Positions 1-11,342 of a stretch of 64,000 nucleotides of DNA are shown in pieces (position 1 is the stretch's first letter; every line of letters starts with the position of its first letter). A program made the position numbers and the translations under genes. The stretch is from contig NC_058368.1 of NCBI RefSeq assembly GCF_018350175.1, positions 72,790,001 through 72,854,000 on the forward strand, given 5' to 3'. Below the pieces are notes generated by a model. It was not told where the DNA came from. It saw nothing but the letters and a program-made list of their open reading frames with translations, and searched no databases. The DNA comes from Felis catus. Lineage: Eukaryota.

Positions 1-49
1 CATTTCAGTAGTCTTCTCCTCCTCCTCTTCCAAATCTACGATGAATGTA
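1..49 (-). CDS. Candidate internal coding exon, truncated by the window edge; peptide (D)TFIVDLEEEEEKTTEM
   Basis: Minus-strand acceptor tttatcctttttag| (AG at 51-50). Only the phase-2 frame is open, and it joins in frame to exon 524-568. Confidence 0.6.
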
Positions 50-523
50 CTAAAAAGGATAAATCCAGGTACATTTTTGGTGAATTATTGTTTGAAATGA
101 TCAAAAAAAATCCACCATAAAATTTTAGTTGACTCTGCTTATTGAACAACACTATGTGTAATCTTTCTTGGATAAAATTATATTTTCTACTTTCTTAATA
201 CATTAAACTTCAATTATCTTAAAATAATGGTTACTCTGTCGTATTCTTAGATTTATAGAGTCATCAATTGATTATTGAAGTAATATAATGCTAATCAAAA
301 AAAACCCCACAGAGGTATCCTTTCAGAATATATGCCTTGAAGCTCTTATGTGAAATTGCATCCTGGTAACGTAAAATATTCCTTGCATATAGGAACTGTA
401 CAAAGTGCAAAGTGTGCAAAGTGTGGTGCAATTATCTGATTCGCCAGTAGTGGGCAGTGTTACTCTAGTTATCACCACAGAGTGACTAGGGAAAACCCTG
501 TTAAAATCTCAGAAAGTGCCTAC

Positions 524-568
524 TCTATTTCTTTAAATAGATCAGAGTCTGTAACATCGGTGACTATT
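524..568 (-). CDS. Candidate 45-nt symmetric (phase 2-2) coding exon; peptide IVTDVTDSDLFKEI(D)
   Basis: Minus-strand acceptor ttattttattattttttcag| (AG at 570-569) and donor AGA|gtaggc (GT at 523-522). The frame continues into exon 1-49 across a 474-bp intron. Confidence 0.55.
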
Positions 569-1267
569 CTGAAAAAATAATAAAATAAATTTGAGAAAAA
601 GATGTCAGTGTTGTTCTTGGACACCCGAAGACTATTAAGAAATATTTACGTTTAAAAATAAAGTTCTCATTTGATTTTGTCTTTTAATTTATAGGATATA
701 TCTATTAGCTGCCGATAACCCAGTAATTATCATTCCCAAGTATGCCTCATGCATCCAGAAAAGATTTCCATCCAAGAAAATGTTGACGATAGGGAAGAAA
801 CACACTTAACTGGCCCCAGCCAAAGCTTCAGTTCTGGGCTCCCGCAAACTAGTTTTGAAACCCTAAACAGATCGTCAGGCTCTCTGATCCTCGTCATCTC
901 CTGTCTATAAAGGAAGTGCCTAAACTAGGAAATCACCAAAAACTCCTACCCCGACGTCTATGTTTCTGTGAGTCTCAGGACAGACTCGAGCAAAAAGCTT
1001 TTGCTACAATTGTGCAATCGGGTAAGGTGTTATGTATTTAATTCCCATCCCCCCCCCCCCACACACACACAATATTCTTATAGAGCAGCTATTCCTTCTG
1101 CAGCGAGCCTAGAAACATAAACTCCAGCCCTCAGGGCAAGTATAATGAAAATCAAACTTCAGAGCTAATGAAAATCAAGCAATGGGCTCAAAATAGAAGC
1201 CACTTTCTACCTTGCACGGCAGAAGAGTATAATTTGCCATGATCAGGGAATTTACCTTGTGCCAAAC

Positions 1268-1415
1268 AGGTATTATTAGTATGCCCATTTTATAGATGAG
1301 GAAACTGAGGCACAGAAAATTAATATCTAGTCCATGGAGAATAGCTAATAAGTGCTGGCTCTGAATTTTGAATCTAGACAATCTAGTTGTAAAACCTATG
1401 CTTCTAAAACCACTG
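1268..1415 (-). mobile_element. MIR SINE fragment
   Basis: Reverse complement of the MIR core: cccattttatagatgaggaaactgaggcacaga. Confidence 0.8.
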
Positions 1416-1541
1416 CGTTGTGCTCTTTTTAAGTTCCATACTGACTCTTGGCACAATACTCTACATATGTCTTCTGCCGCGTACTAGATTGGGAATCGCT
1501 TGAGGATAGGAAAGAGAGCAGCACGGTGGAAAGACACAGAC

Positions 1542-1754
1542 CAGGGGTTCTCAACTCTGTGTGACATCACCCTCTCCTCAAGGGACATTGGTGATATCTG
1601 GAGACATTTTTGGTTGTTGCAATGCAGGGAGAAGTGTTACTGGCATCCAGTGGGTAGGAGTTAGGGATGCTGCTACACATTGTATAATGTTCAGGACAGC
1701 CCCCGCAACAAGAATTGCCCAAATTGTCAAGGATACTGAGGTTGGGAAACTCTG
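1542..1754 (+). mobile_element. MER20 (hAT-Charlie MITE), near full length, inserted in a MIR
   Basis: Termini caggggttctcaac...gttgggaaactctg. Internal ggagacatttttggttg, actggcatccagtgggtag and gggatgctgcta match the MER20 consensus. MIR sequence resumes at ~1765 (ctgggtttgaatcctgactctgtcacttac). Confidence 0.85.
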
Positions 1755-1959
1755 CTTTGTAAGAGAAGCTGGGTTTGAATCCTGACTCTGTCACTTACCA
1801 GTTGAGTGAACTTGTGCTCTTTATGAACTTGATCCGTGAACCTCTCAGTCTCTTCCCTTAAAAATGGATATAAAACAAAACAAAATAAAATAAACAGTAA
1901 AATAAATCTATATCTATATTATCTGTCTGACAACTGTTGTTGTGGGAAGGACTGATCGC

Positions 1960-2165
1960 TTTTTTTTAAATGTTTATTTATTTTGAGAGAGAGCGCGGAT
2001 AAGGGGCAGAGGGAGAGGGAGAGAGAGAGAGAGAATCCTAAGCAGGCCCCGCACTGTTAGCACAGAGCCCCCGATGAGGGGCTCAGTCTCACAAACTGTG
2101 AGATCATGACCTGAGCCAAAATCAAGAGTCTGGACGCTTACCCAACTGAGCCACTCAGGTGCCCT
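1960..2165 (-). mobile_element. Can-SINE (SINEC)
   Basis: Antisense tRNA-related head, (GA)n region and poly-T tail. Imperfect TSD ggactgatcgctttt / ggactgagtgctttt. Confidence 0.95.
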
Positions 2166-2300
2166 GGACTGAGTGCTTTTTAACTATGAAGTTATTTATA
2201 TGATTTTTTGAAAGATAGTGCCACAGAGTTTGAAGAGCAGAGGTTTTGGGGTCAAAGAGGCATGAGTTCTCAAACCTTCCAAGCTAGTTTCCTTCATCTG

Positions 2301-2302
<2 letters not shown>

Positions 2303-2334
<32 letters not shown>
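2303..2334 (+). repeat. Pure poly(A)32 inside a degraded MIR
   Basis: 32 uninterrupted A directly after the MIR-core-like agtttccttcatctgct. Confidence 0.9.
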
Positions 2335-2336
<2 letters not shown>

Positions 2337-2419
2337 TGGATTTCTCCTGACAGTTTTCTCGGCATTAAATGAGGTGATGCAAAGAGCCTTCATAGTTTAA
2401 CTCCACTCTCCACAGACCG

Positions 2420-2957
2420 CAGGCCTTCCTTCCCAAACCCAATCCAGTTTTGTTTAGGTATCCACCTTAGCTCAGGCAACCAAGTGCCTCAGGGAAAAAA
2501 AACCCACCCCTAAAATTCAGAAACCAACCTCCATTGAACTGATGCAATATCAATCCAGTGCAGTTCTTAAGTGACAGAATCAGTATCAGTCATGTGACCT
2601 AGTTCTGGCCAATGAACTCAGTGGACTAGAGAAAGTGGTTTTCATTCCTAGGAAGTAGGCCCAGAAAGAGACAACCTCACTTTCCCCCTAGATGTTACTT
2701 CTGTTTACGGTGCCAAGAACTGCTGTAGTCACTCTGCTACCAGGCTGAGGAGGAAACCAAGCCCACCGATGGCAGGAAAGGGAAATGGGCAGATCTGCCC
2801 GATGCACTTTGAGAGTAGAGTTGAAGTACGTGCCAGCCACATAAACTGGGTTCCCTTTGGACTTGCTGCAATGTTTAAGAATAAATGTCCTTGTCGTTGA
2901 AGCCAATTTGATTCAGAGTTTCTGTTAGCTGAAGTCAAAAACATCCAAACTGGTATA
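2420..2957 (+). mobile_element. MaLR solo LTR (old MLT1 type)
   Basis: catgtgacctagttctggccaatga motif and an MLT1-like 3' end: aataaatgtccttgtcgttgaagcc...tttctgttagctgaagtcaaaaacatccaaactggtata. Confidence 0.65.
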
Positions 2958-3125
2958 GGGGGAGCCTAGGACCTTGCCTCTGTCCAAGTCACCTGCATTA
3001 CTCTTGGGGAATAGGTTTTCCTCCATTTCCTGCGACAAATGTGTACACCCAACTAGCCTAACAGTCATAATAAAACAGAATTGGAATAGAACAGTAGTGA
3101 GGGGCCTTTTGCCCTTTTATTCAAT

Positions 3126-3640
3126 ATTTTAAAAATTATGGTAAAATATACATAAGATAAAATTTACCACTTAACCATCTTTAAGTGTACAGTTCAAGGG
3201 CATTCAGTACATTCACACAGTCCAAACATCACTACAATCCATCTCTAGAATTTTTTCTACTAGCAAGACTGAAACTCTGTGCCTATTAAGCATTACATCC
3301 ATATTCCTCCTCCCCCAGCCCCTGGCAACAACCTGTCTGCTTTCGGTCTCTGTGAATCTGACCACCCTCGGCACCTCGTTTAAGTGGAATTATACAGTAT
3401 TTGTCCTTTCCAAATACTTTTCCAAATGCTTTGGAATTTGGAATTCCAAATGCTTTTCTCACTTAGCATAGTGTTGTCAAGGTTCATTCATGGTGTAGGA
3501 TGTCACAGTCTCCTTCCTTTTTAAGACTGAATAATCTTCCATCGTATGTATACACTACTTTTGTGCATCCACTGATGGACACTTGAGTTGTTTCCACTCT
3601 TTGGTTATTGTGAGTACCGCTGCTATACCCGTAGGTACAA
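3126..3640 (-). mobile_element. L1 3' UTR fragment (L1MB-like)
   Basis: Antisense L1 3' end motifs: ggtaaaatatacataa, tttaagtgtacagttca, cccccagcccctggcaac, cacttagcata, tgatggacacttgagttgtttccac. Confidence 0.85.
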
Positions 3641-3701
3641 ACAGCAAGTTTTGATATGGCAATCAGTTTTTAATCTTTAATGCATAGTTAACAGTCTAAA
3701 T

Positions 3702-3924
3702 CTGGGGTTGTCAAACCATGGCCCTTACATGAAATCTGGCCTGATAATTGTTTTTATAAATAAAGTTTTATTGGAACACAATCAAGCCCATTTGTTTACA
3801 TATCATCTAAGGTAGCTTTCCCCCTTACAGCACAAAATGGAATAGTTATGACAGAGACCGTATGGACCGTGAAGTCTAACATATTTACTATGAGCACTTT
3901 TACACAAAACTTTGCTGACCCCTG
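3702..3924 (+). mobile_element. MER58A (hAT-Charlie MITE), full length with a perfect 8-bp TSD
   Basis: Termini ctggggttgtcaaac...tttgctgacccctg and internal aataaagttttattggaacaca. TSD GTCTAAAT at 3694-3701 and 3925-3932. Confidence 0.9.
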
Positions 3925-4374
3925 GTCTAAATGGTATTTGATGAACCAGACTGCTAGCTGATCCTCTGCCTCCCGTATTGCTCACCTATCCCTCCTACCC
4001 CCAGTTCACCACCTGTAAGACTATCAGAGTAAGTTTTCTAAAATGCAAATTCTACTCTATTCATCTGCTTTAAGAACTTCACTCGGGTCCAGCCATTGGC
4101 AAAGCTGGAGCCACAGCTCCTTGGGACACCATCTGTAACGCCCATGAGCCCACCCTAGCCACTTCTCTCTGCGTCAGTGCGACTTGACTCCATCTCGAGT
4201 GTATCATTCCCTCTAAAAAAGATTTTCCTTAATCCTCAAGAACCTTGCCTTGCACAAAGTATTTGTGCAGCCAATGTTTATTGAATAAACGAGTGGATTC
4301 ATAATTTTTACCATAAGATAGCTGATTCTTGGAGAGGCTGGTGTTTTGTTTTTACCTTTTTATTACTTTGGTAT

Positions 4375-4394
4375 TTTTTAAGTTTATTTATTCT

Positions 4395-4438
<44 letters not shown>

Positions 4439-4592
4439 GTGCATGCAAGTTGGGGAAGGGCAGAGAGAGGGAGAGAGACAATCCCAGGCAGGCTCCATGC
4501 TGTCAGCACAGAGTCCATTGCAGGGCTCAAACTCACAAGCCATGACTGATCAGAGGTCGGACGCTTACCCGACTGAGCCACCCAGGCTCCCC
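4375..4592 (-). mobile_element. Can-SINE with expanded (GA)n
   Basis: Antisense head (gactgagccacccaggctcccc). TSD ttactttgg at 4363-4371 and 4593-4601. Confidence 0.95.
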
Positions 4593-4794
4593 TTACTTTG
4601 GGGTTTGAATGATTGTCCAAGCCTGCTGAACATGCCAAACAGAAAGTGCACGCAAAAGACCAGGGGCACTGCTAATGGGCTTCATCATCCTTGAGGTCCT
4701 TAAAAATCAGAGTGGTCACTTAGAATGAATCTTTCAGAGATGGTTGGATGATATATGTTTGATAATTACCTTACATTTAAATGTTTGTGTTTTA

Positions 4795-5018
4795 GGGGCG
4801 CCTGGGTGGCTCAGTCGGTTAAGCATCCAATTTTGGCTCAGGCCATTATCTCATGGTTCGTGAGTTCAAGCCCCACATCTGCCTCTGTGCTGACAACCCA
4901 GAGCCTGGAGCCTGCTTCATATACTGTGTTTCCCTCTCTCTCTCTGACCCTCCCCCACTCACGCTCTGTGTCTCTCTTTCTCTCAAGAATAAATGAACAT
5001 TAAAAAAAATTTAAAAAA
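4795..5018 (+). mobile_element. Can-SINE (felid SINEC_Fc type)
   Basis: Head ggggcgcctgggtggctcagtcggttaagc, (CT)n region and A tail. Perfect 17-bp TSD taaatgtttgtgtttta at 4778-4794 and 5019-5035. Confidence 0.97.
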
Positions 5019-5286
5019 TAAATGTTTGTGTTTTAAAATTATATTTTCTCAATACAAGTAATAAGTATTACTCAAGTGTTTGTTCTACTTTGAACTCCAT
5101 TCTTTGCCCTGAAAAGCAAACTGCTGCATAATATTAGGATTTAATACCATATCACATCAACATAGCTGCACACCCATGAAATGCACCTGATAAAAATCTA
5201 TGTTGTGCATCACTTCAAACTATAACATATTGTTTGTTATTTATGGCTGTTAAAATACTATTATATTATCCAGAGAGTTAACTTTT

Positions 5287-5499
5287 TAAAATTTTTTTTA
5301 ATGTTTCTATTTTTGAGAGAGAGAGAAGAGAGCACAAGCAGGGGAGGGGCAGAGAGAGAGGGAGACACAGAATCCTAAGCAGGCTCCAGGCTCTGAGCTG
5401 TCAGCCCAGAGCCCGACGCATGGCTCAAACTCATGAACCGTGAGATCATGCCCTGAGCCAAAGTCAGAAGCTTAACTGAATGAGCCACCCAGGTGCCCC
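5287..5499 (-). mobile_element. Can-SINE (felid SINEC_Fc type)
   Basis: Full-length antisense copy. TSD cagagagttaactttt at both ends (~5271-5286 and 5500-5515). Confidence 0.97.
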
Positions 5500-5519
5500 C
5501 AGAGAGTTAACTTTTACAA

Positions 5520-5704
5520 GTTTTTAACATTTATTTATTATTTTTGAAAGAGAGAGAACACAGGGAAGGGATGAGAGAGAGGGAGGGACAGAGGATCTGA
5601 AGCAAACTCTGTGCTGACAGCAGAGAGCCCAATGCGGGGGTTGAACTCAGATCATGACCTGAGCCAAAGTCCAATGCTTAACTGACTAAGCCACCCCGGT
5701 GCCT
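5520..5704 (-). mobile_element. Can-SINE, directly adjacent to the preceding copy
   Basis: Antisense head (cttaactgactaagccaccccggtgcc), gatcatgacctgagcc, T-rich tail. Confidence 0.92.
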
Positions 5705-5870
5705 GACAAATATTTTTTATGTTGAACCTAGTAATGTTATTATCTGTTATTTCTAGAGTAAGAACTCTTTAGTTCCCAGAATTTTTAATCACTTAATGCT
5801 GAGATTTTTTTTAAGAAAGTAGGTTTTCTTTAGCATGAGTTGTCTCCAAATACATAAAAGGAATAATTCA

Positions 5871-6064
5871 AGGGCGCCTGGGTGGCTCAGTCAGTTGAGT
5901 GTCCAACTCTTGATTTCAACTCAGGTCATGATCCCAGGGTTGTGGGATCAAGTCCCACATTGGACTTTACACTGAGCATGGAGCCTGCTTGGAATTCTCT
6001 TCCTCCCTCTGCCTCTTGCCCCTTCTCTCTCTCTCTTTCTAAATTAAAAAAAAAAAAAAAAAAA
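5871..6064 (+). mobile_element. Can-SINE
   Basis: Head agggcgcctgggtggctcagtcag and poly-A tail. Imperfect TSD aaaaggaataattca / aaaagcaataatcca. Confidence 0.95.
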
Positions 6065-6173
6065 GCAATAATCCAACAATTTAATGGTGGGAAATAAAGA
6101 CAGTTTAAAATAGGACAGTTCTTTCAGGGCAATTAAAGAGTATTAATTCAAATAAAACTTTAAAACTTTTGTT

Positions 6174-6372
6174 GGAGTGTCTGGGGGGCTCAATTGGTTA
6201 AGCATCTGACTCTTGATTTTGGCTCAGGTCATGATCTCACAGTTTGTGGGTTCAAGCCCTGTGTCAGGCTCTGCACTGACAGTGTGGAGTCTGCTTGGAA
6301 TTCTCTTTCTCCCTCTCTTTCTGCCCCTCTCCTGCTCTTGTGTGCTATCAATCAATCAATCAATCATCAATC
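6174..6372 (+). mobile_element. Can-SINE whose tail has become a (TCAA)n microsatellite
   Basis: ggctcaattggttaagcatctgactcttgattttggctcaggtcatgatc, ending in atcaatcaatcaatcaatcatcaatc. Confidence 0.9.
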
Positions 6373-9300
6373 TTCACTTTTAAGGAAAGGAAAAGTTTGT
6401 TGAGAAGCATTTATGTCCAAGTAGGCCATTTGCATGCATTTCCAATACAATTTTGCCTTTTGTCAACTCTGAGAGTTGTATTCAAGAGTTCCTTCCAACT
6501 TTGCTAAAATTGAGCAATGACTTATAGTAAAAGTCAAGATGAAGCAAAGACATATGGTCATATATGGAGAAGGCATATTATGAAACAGTGTTGGAATAGT
6601 TAATTTATTAGTCATCAAAATGACTACATTGCCCAAGGTATAGCATAACAAATGCACATTGAGAATTAGTGTTGTCAAACAAGTATATAGGGATGATTGA
6701 GAGAGAAAAAAAGGAGAGAGAGAGAAAGCTGCACTGTCAAAGGGGCAGACTTATAGATTCTTCTAATGATGTCAGCTTAATTACAAATACTGATATTAAA
6801 ATGACTTCTTTAGCAATGATATTAACTAAGTCCCCAACAAACAAGCCTTGTTAATGACAAAGAAGCAAGAGTTACAGAGATTTTCTTTTTTAAAAAAAGA
6901 AGAAATTAAAGGAGTTTGACACACAGATTTCACATTTGCATAAGTTTTTATAATTAATACAATCACGAAACACTCATAGAATAGGACACATACCAGCTCT
7001 AATTTTCCCTGAAATTTTAAGATACAAACATCATCTTTCTCCAACTTTGCAACAGGTTTTTTGTTTTTTGACTCAGTGTTCCATGCATTAAATCCAATTC
7101 AAGTGACTATGATGATCTCATTTGCAAGAATTTGAAGACATGTAAAAAAGATTAAAATTGATTTCCTTTCTCTTTTCATTGTGTGTGGGGGAGGGTAGTG
7201 GGGGGGACGTTACAAGAATTATGTGATGGACTAGAATATAAGAACACTGTTCCTACCTCATCAGTGATTTTATTAGCTTACATTTAAATTAAGATTTCAG
7301 TGCCTCAGTTTCTCTTCTTTGAAATGATCCATGGACTTCCTGTGGAGGAGATTGAATTTTGGCCATCAATTGAGAACACAGGCCAACATTTCTCTCTGCC
7401 AGGAAACTTCTGTCCTAATCCTGAATGCAATCACTGCACAGTGTGTATGTCCATGATGTTATGGTCTGATGAGTTGGCAATCTTACGTATCTACAGTTTC
7501 TTTAATATTCTTCCCCAGTGCTCAACTGTAGGCCAGCAGAAACCTGAGGGACCTTGCTCATAGCTCTATGGGGCCTCTGGGGTACTATTTAGCAAATGAA
7601 TGCCATTTACAGATACTATTAATTTGGTAAGTGCTGAAAAGTAAACAGAAAATAAATCCAATAAAGTCACATTGGTGCTTAGAAATGCATGCCCTTTTGT
7701 TATTGTACTACGGGGATTTAATTAATGCACTTCCCCAAACGCCTCAATTTTCCCCCAGAAAGATGTTAATTTCAAAAGGTTTTGAATTGCTTGGTGTGGG
7801 AGACACAAAGTTTTCACCCAAGAGTATCCCACCCATTTTTGTTAAAAGAATCCTGATTTTATTCACTGTACAATATGCTCAGCCCCAAAGAATGAAACAG
7901 AGTGGCTCTAAGCCAGCTATGGCCAGCCCACTTCTTTCTTTGGAGAAGTGAGCAGCTATGGGACCCAATTCATTTTTTGATGCATGTTGTAGAACATAGT
8001 TACACTAGTAAAGAGGTATTGTTACCAATATGGAGCGCAAGTTAAGAGGCTTTACCAGTTTGAGGAGAGACAATGAAAGTCCAAGCATAGACCATAGCAG
8101 TGGATATAGAAAGAGAGAAAATTTAAGCTCCTTTGCTCAGTTTTCTCAGTACCTAATTGTAATCTATAAATTGAACAATTTCAGAAATCGTTTTAATAAA
8201 CAAATCATTGTTTGTGTGTTAAATGGAGTCTCAGAGCTTGGAAACATTAAGGAATCGAATAGTAGAATTAGACCCAACATATATTTCCCAAGAAAATGAA
8301 TATCCTGTTTCTTTAAAAGAGATGAATTTCAACATTTAAAGATCCTCTTAAGAGTGCTCACACTTGGTGGTTTTCAAACTAGCCAATTCTGAGCCTTCAG
8401 ATTTCACCAATATACAATTTGACATCATCCTCAAAAAAAACCAGGATTTTAATAAGAACTTTCTGATTTGGGATTTAGCTGATAACTATGTGACCTTGTT
8501 CTCACAGCAGTTTGGTGAGTCATCATCATTATTCATTTATCATTATTGTTGTTACTAATAACATTAATAACCCAGACTATTTTAATGCTTTCAATTATTC
8601 TTAAAGTCTTTAATATCTGAAGGAGAATAATATATCATATTAAATTTTTTAAATCATCTATTTAATATTTGACAATGGCCAATATATCAGATCTACTATG
8701 AGTTTTCCAATTATATCAATAAAACTGCTCTAACTTTGTTTGATATAACTTGTGTTTCATAAAGTTGGTACAACTTATTTATTTAAATCCAGCCAACATT
8801 TATGAGATGCCTACAATGTTAAACAATGGATGATATTTTGTGTATATTTTTTTCTTTTCCTTAAAATAAGCATACAAACTCTGTATTATTACTCTACTTC
8901 ATAGATAAGAAAATTACAATAACTTATCCATAATCTTATAAGCTGGCTTCCTAGTCATTTCACTGCAAATTCAATGTTAGTTTATTTGCCATACTACATG
9001 GTCATCAAATGTTTCCCTTTGTGTTACCCCATGAAGCCAGCTTTGAATGACAGGGCTTCTCTACATCCATCTATAATGCATTTTTCCCCCTGTCCTCATA
9101 ACTTCTCCTTTATCCCTTTTATCATTTTCCATTCTTTTCTGCCTCCATTGTCTGAAAAGAAAAAGTGCCAAGCAAAAAATAAACTACATTCTAGATTCAT
9201 TTAATCTATGGTATGAGAACAATAAATTTGAAGGATGAAGTGACATAATTGCCAAAAATAATTCCCATGATTCTTTCTACAGATAGTTAAGGGCGTTATA

Positions 9301-11104
9301 CTGAGAACCTGCCTCCACGTAGCTCTGGCTGTCTTTTATTTTCTGACATGTGATAGAACACTCCAGTTCCTGGGAGCAGTCAAAAGTACACAGCCTCCCC
9401 TAGATTTTTAGTCCCTGTACTTCGTATAATATAAGGAGTAGGTAGAATAACTTAATTAACACATGCAGGAAAGTCATGTAAAGGAAAGTCATTGTAAAGG
9501 TATTTGATCATGGTTTAGAATTCAACAAAACAGCCACCGTTTTTATTTACCTCATTATTTGTATATTCTATAACATTGACCCTATAACATGTCCATATTT
9601 AAAAATCTATCCTTTTTAAAAAGAAAAAAGCATAGTTCTATATACATCACCCATGACTGTGTATGGAGTGTGTATATTCCCTCTCAGCCGCCAAGCCTGG
9701 AGTAGTGTGACTAAACAGTAAGCCTTCCCGGCTCACCCAGAGATTAGTGTTCACCAGGGAATGGCCCCCTGCATCACTGTCATCAAAGGGAATAAGCACC
9801 TCTCCATAAATCCAATCTTATTAAATGATGGCAAATGACTACCACCAAGGAAACCTGGCACTGAAATAAACTGTACCTAGACTATTCATGAACTGATTTC
9901 TGATGAATGGGGCAAAATAAAATTTTAAAAAATATCTTGGAAACTTGTGCAGATAATCCATTTGTAATCTTCTGGTATGACTTGGCCAGTGTCAATAGCC
10001 TTCTATATCATTTTGAGAAGTTTGTCATCATCTCAGACTTCCTTTTCTTATCTTTATCTGTTATGTTTCTGAAGATGGAAAATTATCATTCTTCAGATTC
10101 ATATGTGCACAGTTTTATATTCTCTTGACTTTTTACTTTTTGATTCATTCCACTACTTACACATCTCTCTATTCAAGCAGGATGGTGAACTCAGCATCCT
10201 GAGTGTCTCCAGGGTTGTCCTGATCCAGCAGAGATGAATGAACTTGATAGCAAAGTGACAGATGACCCCACTCTTGAATTTCAACTAGGTAATGTCACAT
10301 TCACTTCTGGATCCCCCCTTGTCTAAAGGCTCCACTCACTACTCTAGATGCCATGAGATGTTGCTTGGCCAACTGCTATCTTGATAGATTTCATCTATAT
10401 GTTACTATACATTTCAGTTCACGACATCCATCATCCTCCATCTGTGTCTCAACCAGAAAAGACTAATTGAATTTGGGTGAATAACTAAAGTTTGCTCTGA
10501 TAGTTTTTACTTCTTAGGAGACAGACATCCTCTAACTTCTTGAATAAGCAGGTAAAAGCAAGACTGGATTAGGTTTTACTGCTAAGTATTTAGAGTGGAG
10601 AGCCTTCCTATAGAACTGAATGTGTCATCTAATCATTAGAAAAGCAGATAGTGTCAGATACAATCTACTCATATCAAGGACAACCTGACCTGGCTTGACC
10701 TTGAGTTGTTCAGCTCAGTAAAATTAGTTGCTCTATAAATATTTATTGGAAGTAGGAACAATTTCAAGTTATAATTTATGCTTTCAAGAAATTGTAAATG
10801 AGGATATGAAACACGTTAATGGTGTCGATACTTATCTATAGACCACTTTCTTCAATAAAAGGTTAGGGGAGCTCCCAATATATAAACAGAGATAAACTGA
10901 GCTATGTTCCCATGGCCCCTCTAGGGGACTAAGCAGAACAGTTTAGAAGTCACTGCAAGTGTGCATGTACATATGCACGGGTATATTTGTACATGCATAG
11001 TCCATAAGATAAGCACATATTACATGTAACAAAACAATGGTACAAATGCTAATGGCTGTAGAAGCTCAGAGGATAAAGAAAAATTATTGTATTGAAAGCA
11101 ACTA

Positions 11105-11342
11105 GGGGCACCCAGGTGACTCAATTGGTTAAGCATTGGACTTTGCCTCAGGTTAGGATCTCATGGCTCATGAATTCAAGCCCTGCATAGGGCTCTGTGC
11201 TGACAGCTCAGAGCCTGGAGTCTACTTCAGATTCTGTGTTTCCCTCTTTCTCTCTGTCCTTTCCCCACTCGTACTCTCTGTCTGTCTGTCCGTCTCTCTC
11301 TATCTCAAAAATAAGTGAAACATTAAAAAAAAGAAAAGAAAA
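11105..11342 (+). mobile_element. Can-SINE
   Basis: Head ggggcacccaggtgactca, gctcagagcctggag, A-rich tail. Imperfect TSD gaaagcaacta / gaaagtgacta. Confidence 0.93.

Noticed and set aside
1143..1178. Direct repeat taatgaaaatcaa x2; similar short duplications at 13471-13508, 18530-18573, 33167-33194, 33512-33570 and 52696-52727
   Set aside because: Only two copies each with no spacer array. These are ordinary slippage duplications, not CRISPR-like or satellite structures.
4329..6403. ORFs of 69-121 aa such as ...RERERE... and GAWVAQSVK...
   Set aside because: They are translations of Can-SINE bodies. The same applies to the ORFs at 11197, 18019, 23455, 35194, 49765 and 58348.
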